Shown piece by piece: positions 63,269-64,000 of a DNA stretch of 64,000 bases. This DNA is from Deltaproteobacteria bacterium RBG_16_64_85. GTDB taxonomy: Bacteria; Desulfobacterota; Deferrimicrobia; Deferrimicrobiales; Deferrimicrobiaceae. Under the pieces are notes generated by a model, which was not told the DNA's origin, did no database searches, and saw nothing but the letters and a program-made list of their open reading frames with translations. A program made the translations under genes and the position numbers. Location: NCBI GenBank assembly GCA_001798885.1, contig MGQW01000086.1, positions 7,079 to 71,078 of the forward strand, read 5' to 3'. The number at the start of each line of letters is the position of its first letter. Position 1 is the stretch's first letter.

Positions 63269-63808
63269 ATGAAACCGGGCAACCTCGGACAGGGATACAT
63301 CCAGGTCTACACCGGCAACGGCAAGGGGAAGACGACGGCCGCCCTCGGGCTGGCGGTCCGCGCGGCAGGGCACGGCCTTCACACCGTGATCGTCCAGTTC
63401 ATGAAGGGATGGATCGACTACGGGGAGCTCCAGGGAGCGAGGATGCTGGCCCCTTACGTGGAAATCCACCAGGCCGGCAGGGACACCTTCGTGAACCGGA
63501 AGAACCCCGATCCGGAGGACATCCGGCTGGCGTTGGACGGGTGGCGGCTGGCGAAAGGAATCCTCTTGGACGGGAAGGCGGACATCCTGGTCCTCGACGA
63601 GATCAACTGCGCGATGGACTTCGGCCTGATCCCCTGCGAGGAGGTCGTCGAGGTCCTGAGGAACAAACCGGCCGGAATGGAGGTCGTCCTCACCGGCAGG
63701 GGGGCGCCGGCGGCGGTGATCGAAATCGCGGACCTGGTGACGGAGATGAAGGAAGTCAAACATTATTACGCGAAGGGCGTCGACGCGCGAGTCGGGGTGG
63801 AGCGGTAA
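63269..63808 (+). CDS. cobO: cob(I)yrinic acid a,c-diamide (corrinoid) adenosyltransferase, CobA/CobO/BtuR family
   Basis: GYIQVYTGNGKGKTTAALG P-loop and family core; 179 aa. Confidence 0.9.
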   Translation: MKPGNLGQGYIQVYTGNGKGKTTAALGLAVRAAGHGLHTVIVQFMKGWIDYGELQGARMLAPYVEIHQAGRDTFVNRKNPDPEDIRLALDGWRLAKGILLDGKADILVLDEINCAMDFGLIPCEEVVEVLRNKPAGMEVVLTGRGAPAAVIEIADLVTEMKEVKHYYAKGVDARVGVER

Positions 63809-63825
63809 CGCGAGGGAGGTGAACC

Positions 63826-64000
63826 GTGTACGACAGGAAAAAGACCCGGAAGATCTCGGAAGAAAAGAAGCGTTGGGAAAAAACGACCCTGAACCGGGTC
63901 CTTTCCCGTTCCCCGGAGCGTCTCTCCCGGTTCTCCACGGTGTCGGACGAGGAGATTGCCGCGCTCTATACGCCGGACCTTCTGGAATCGTTCGATTACG
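63826..64000 (+). CDS. B12-dependent acyl-CoA mutase large subunit (methylmalonyl-/isobutyryl-CoA mutase family), N-terminal fragment; continues past the window end
   Basis: GTG after an AGGGAGG RBS; ...KKRWEKTTLNRVLSRSPERLSRFSTVSDEEIAALYTPDLLESFDY resembles mutase N-termini; adjacent to cobO. Confidence 0.55.
   Translation, partial: MYDRKKTRKISEEKKRWEKTTLNRVLSRSPERLSRFSTVSDEEIAALYTPDLLESFDY

Overview
GC-rich bacterial chromosomal segment (roughly mid-60s % GC by eye). No rRNA, tRNA, CRISPR or IS elements were seen. Almost all genes are on the + strand, densely packed, with many ATGA/GTGA start-stop overlaps. In order: the 3' end of the ribosomal spc/alpha cluster (rplF-rplR-rpsE-rpmD-rplO-secY-adk-map-infA-rpmJ-rpsM-rpsK-rpsD-rpoA-rplQ, with a Lys/Ala-rich tail on L17). 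A two-gene minus-strand insert (PF00756-like esterase + ATP-grasp ligase), divergent from a near-consensus sigma70 promoter carrying a Fur box. That promoter drives fur-feoB-[62-aa Cys-rich ORF]-dtxR/FeoA-fusion regulator. With no visible break, a PEGA-domain envelope protein, an FAD oxidoreductase, an FtsB-like protein and a membrane GAF-GGDEF diguanylate cyclase follow. Then: a divergent cold-shock-domain protein; argS; a SPOR protein; a complete colinear trpE-trpGD-trpC-trpF-trpB-trpA operon; accD-folC; lptD; rmlD plus an NAD-epimerase; lepA-lepB; a PyrR-attenuated pyrR-pyrB-pyrC-carA-[PflX-like radical SAM]-carB block; recG; an alaC-like aminotransferase-hom-thrC-[ApgM/PGM-family protein, candidate alternative homoserine kinase]; glpX; a 4-subunit 2-oxoacid:ferredoxin oxidoreductase (delta-alpha-beta-gamma); an HTH-cupin regulator; a cysteine-less HgdB-like (2-hydroxyacyl-CoA dehydratase family) orphan; a MerR regulator; and thiolase-hbd-crotonase-2x acyl-CoA dehydrogenase-cobO-[acyl-CoA mutase, truncated at window end]. 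The most unusual loci are the iron operon that extends into c-di-GMP and divisome-like genes, the Fur-box-adjacent esterase/ATP-grasp pair, the Cys-less HgdB-like protein, and the candidate anaerobic valine/isobutyrate-to-acetyl-CoA route using a ferredoxin-dependent 2-oxoacid oxidoreductase plus a B12 acyl-CoA mutase.
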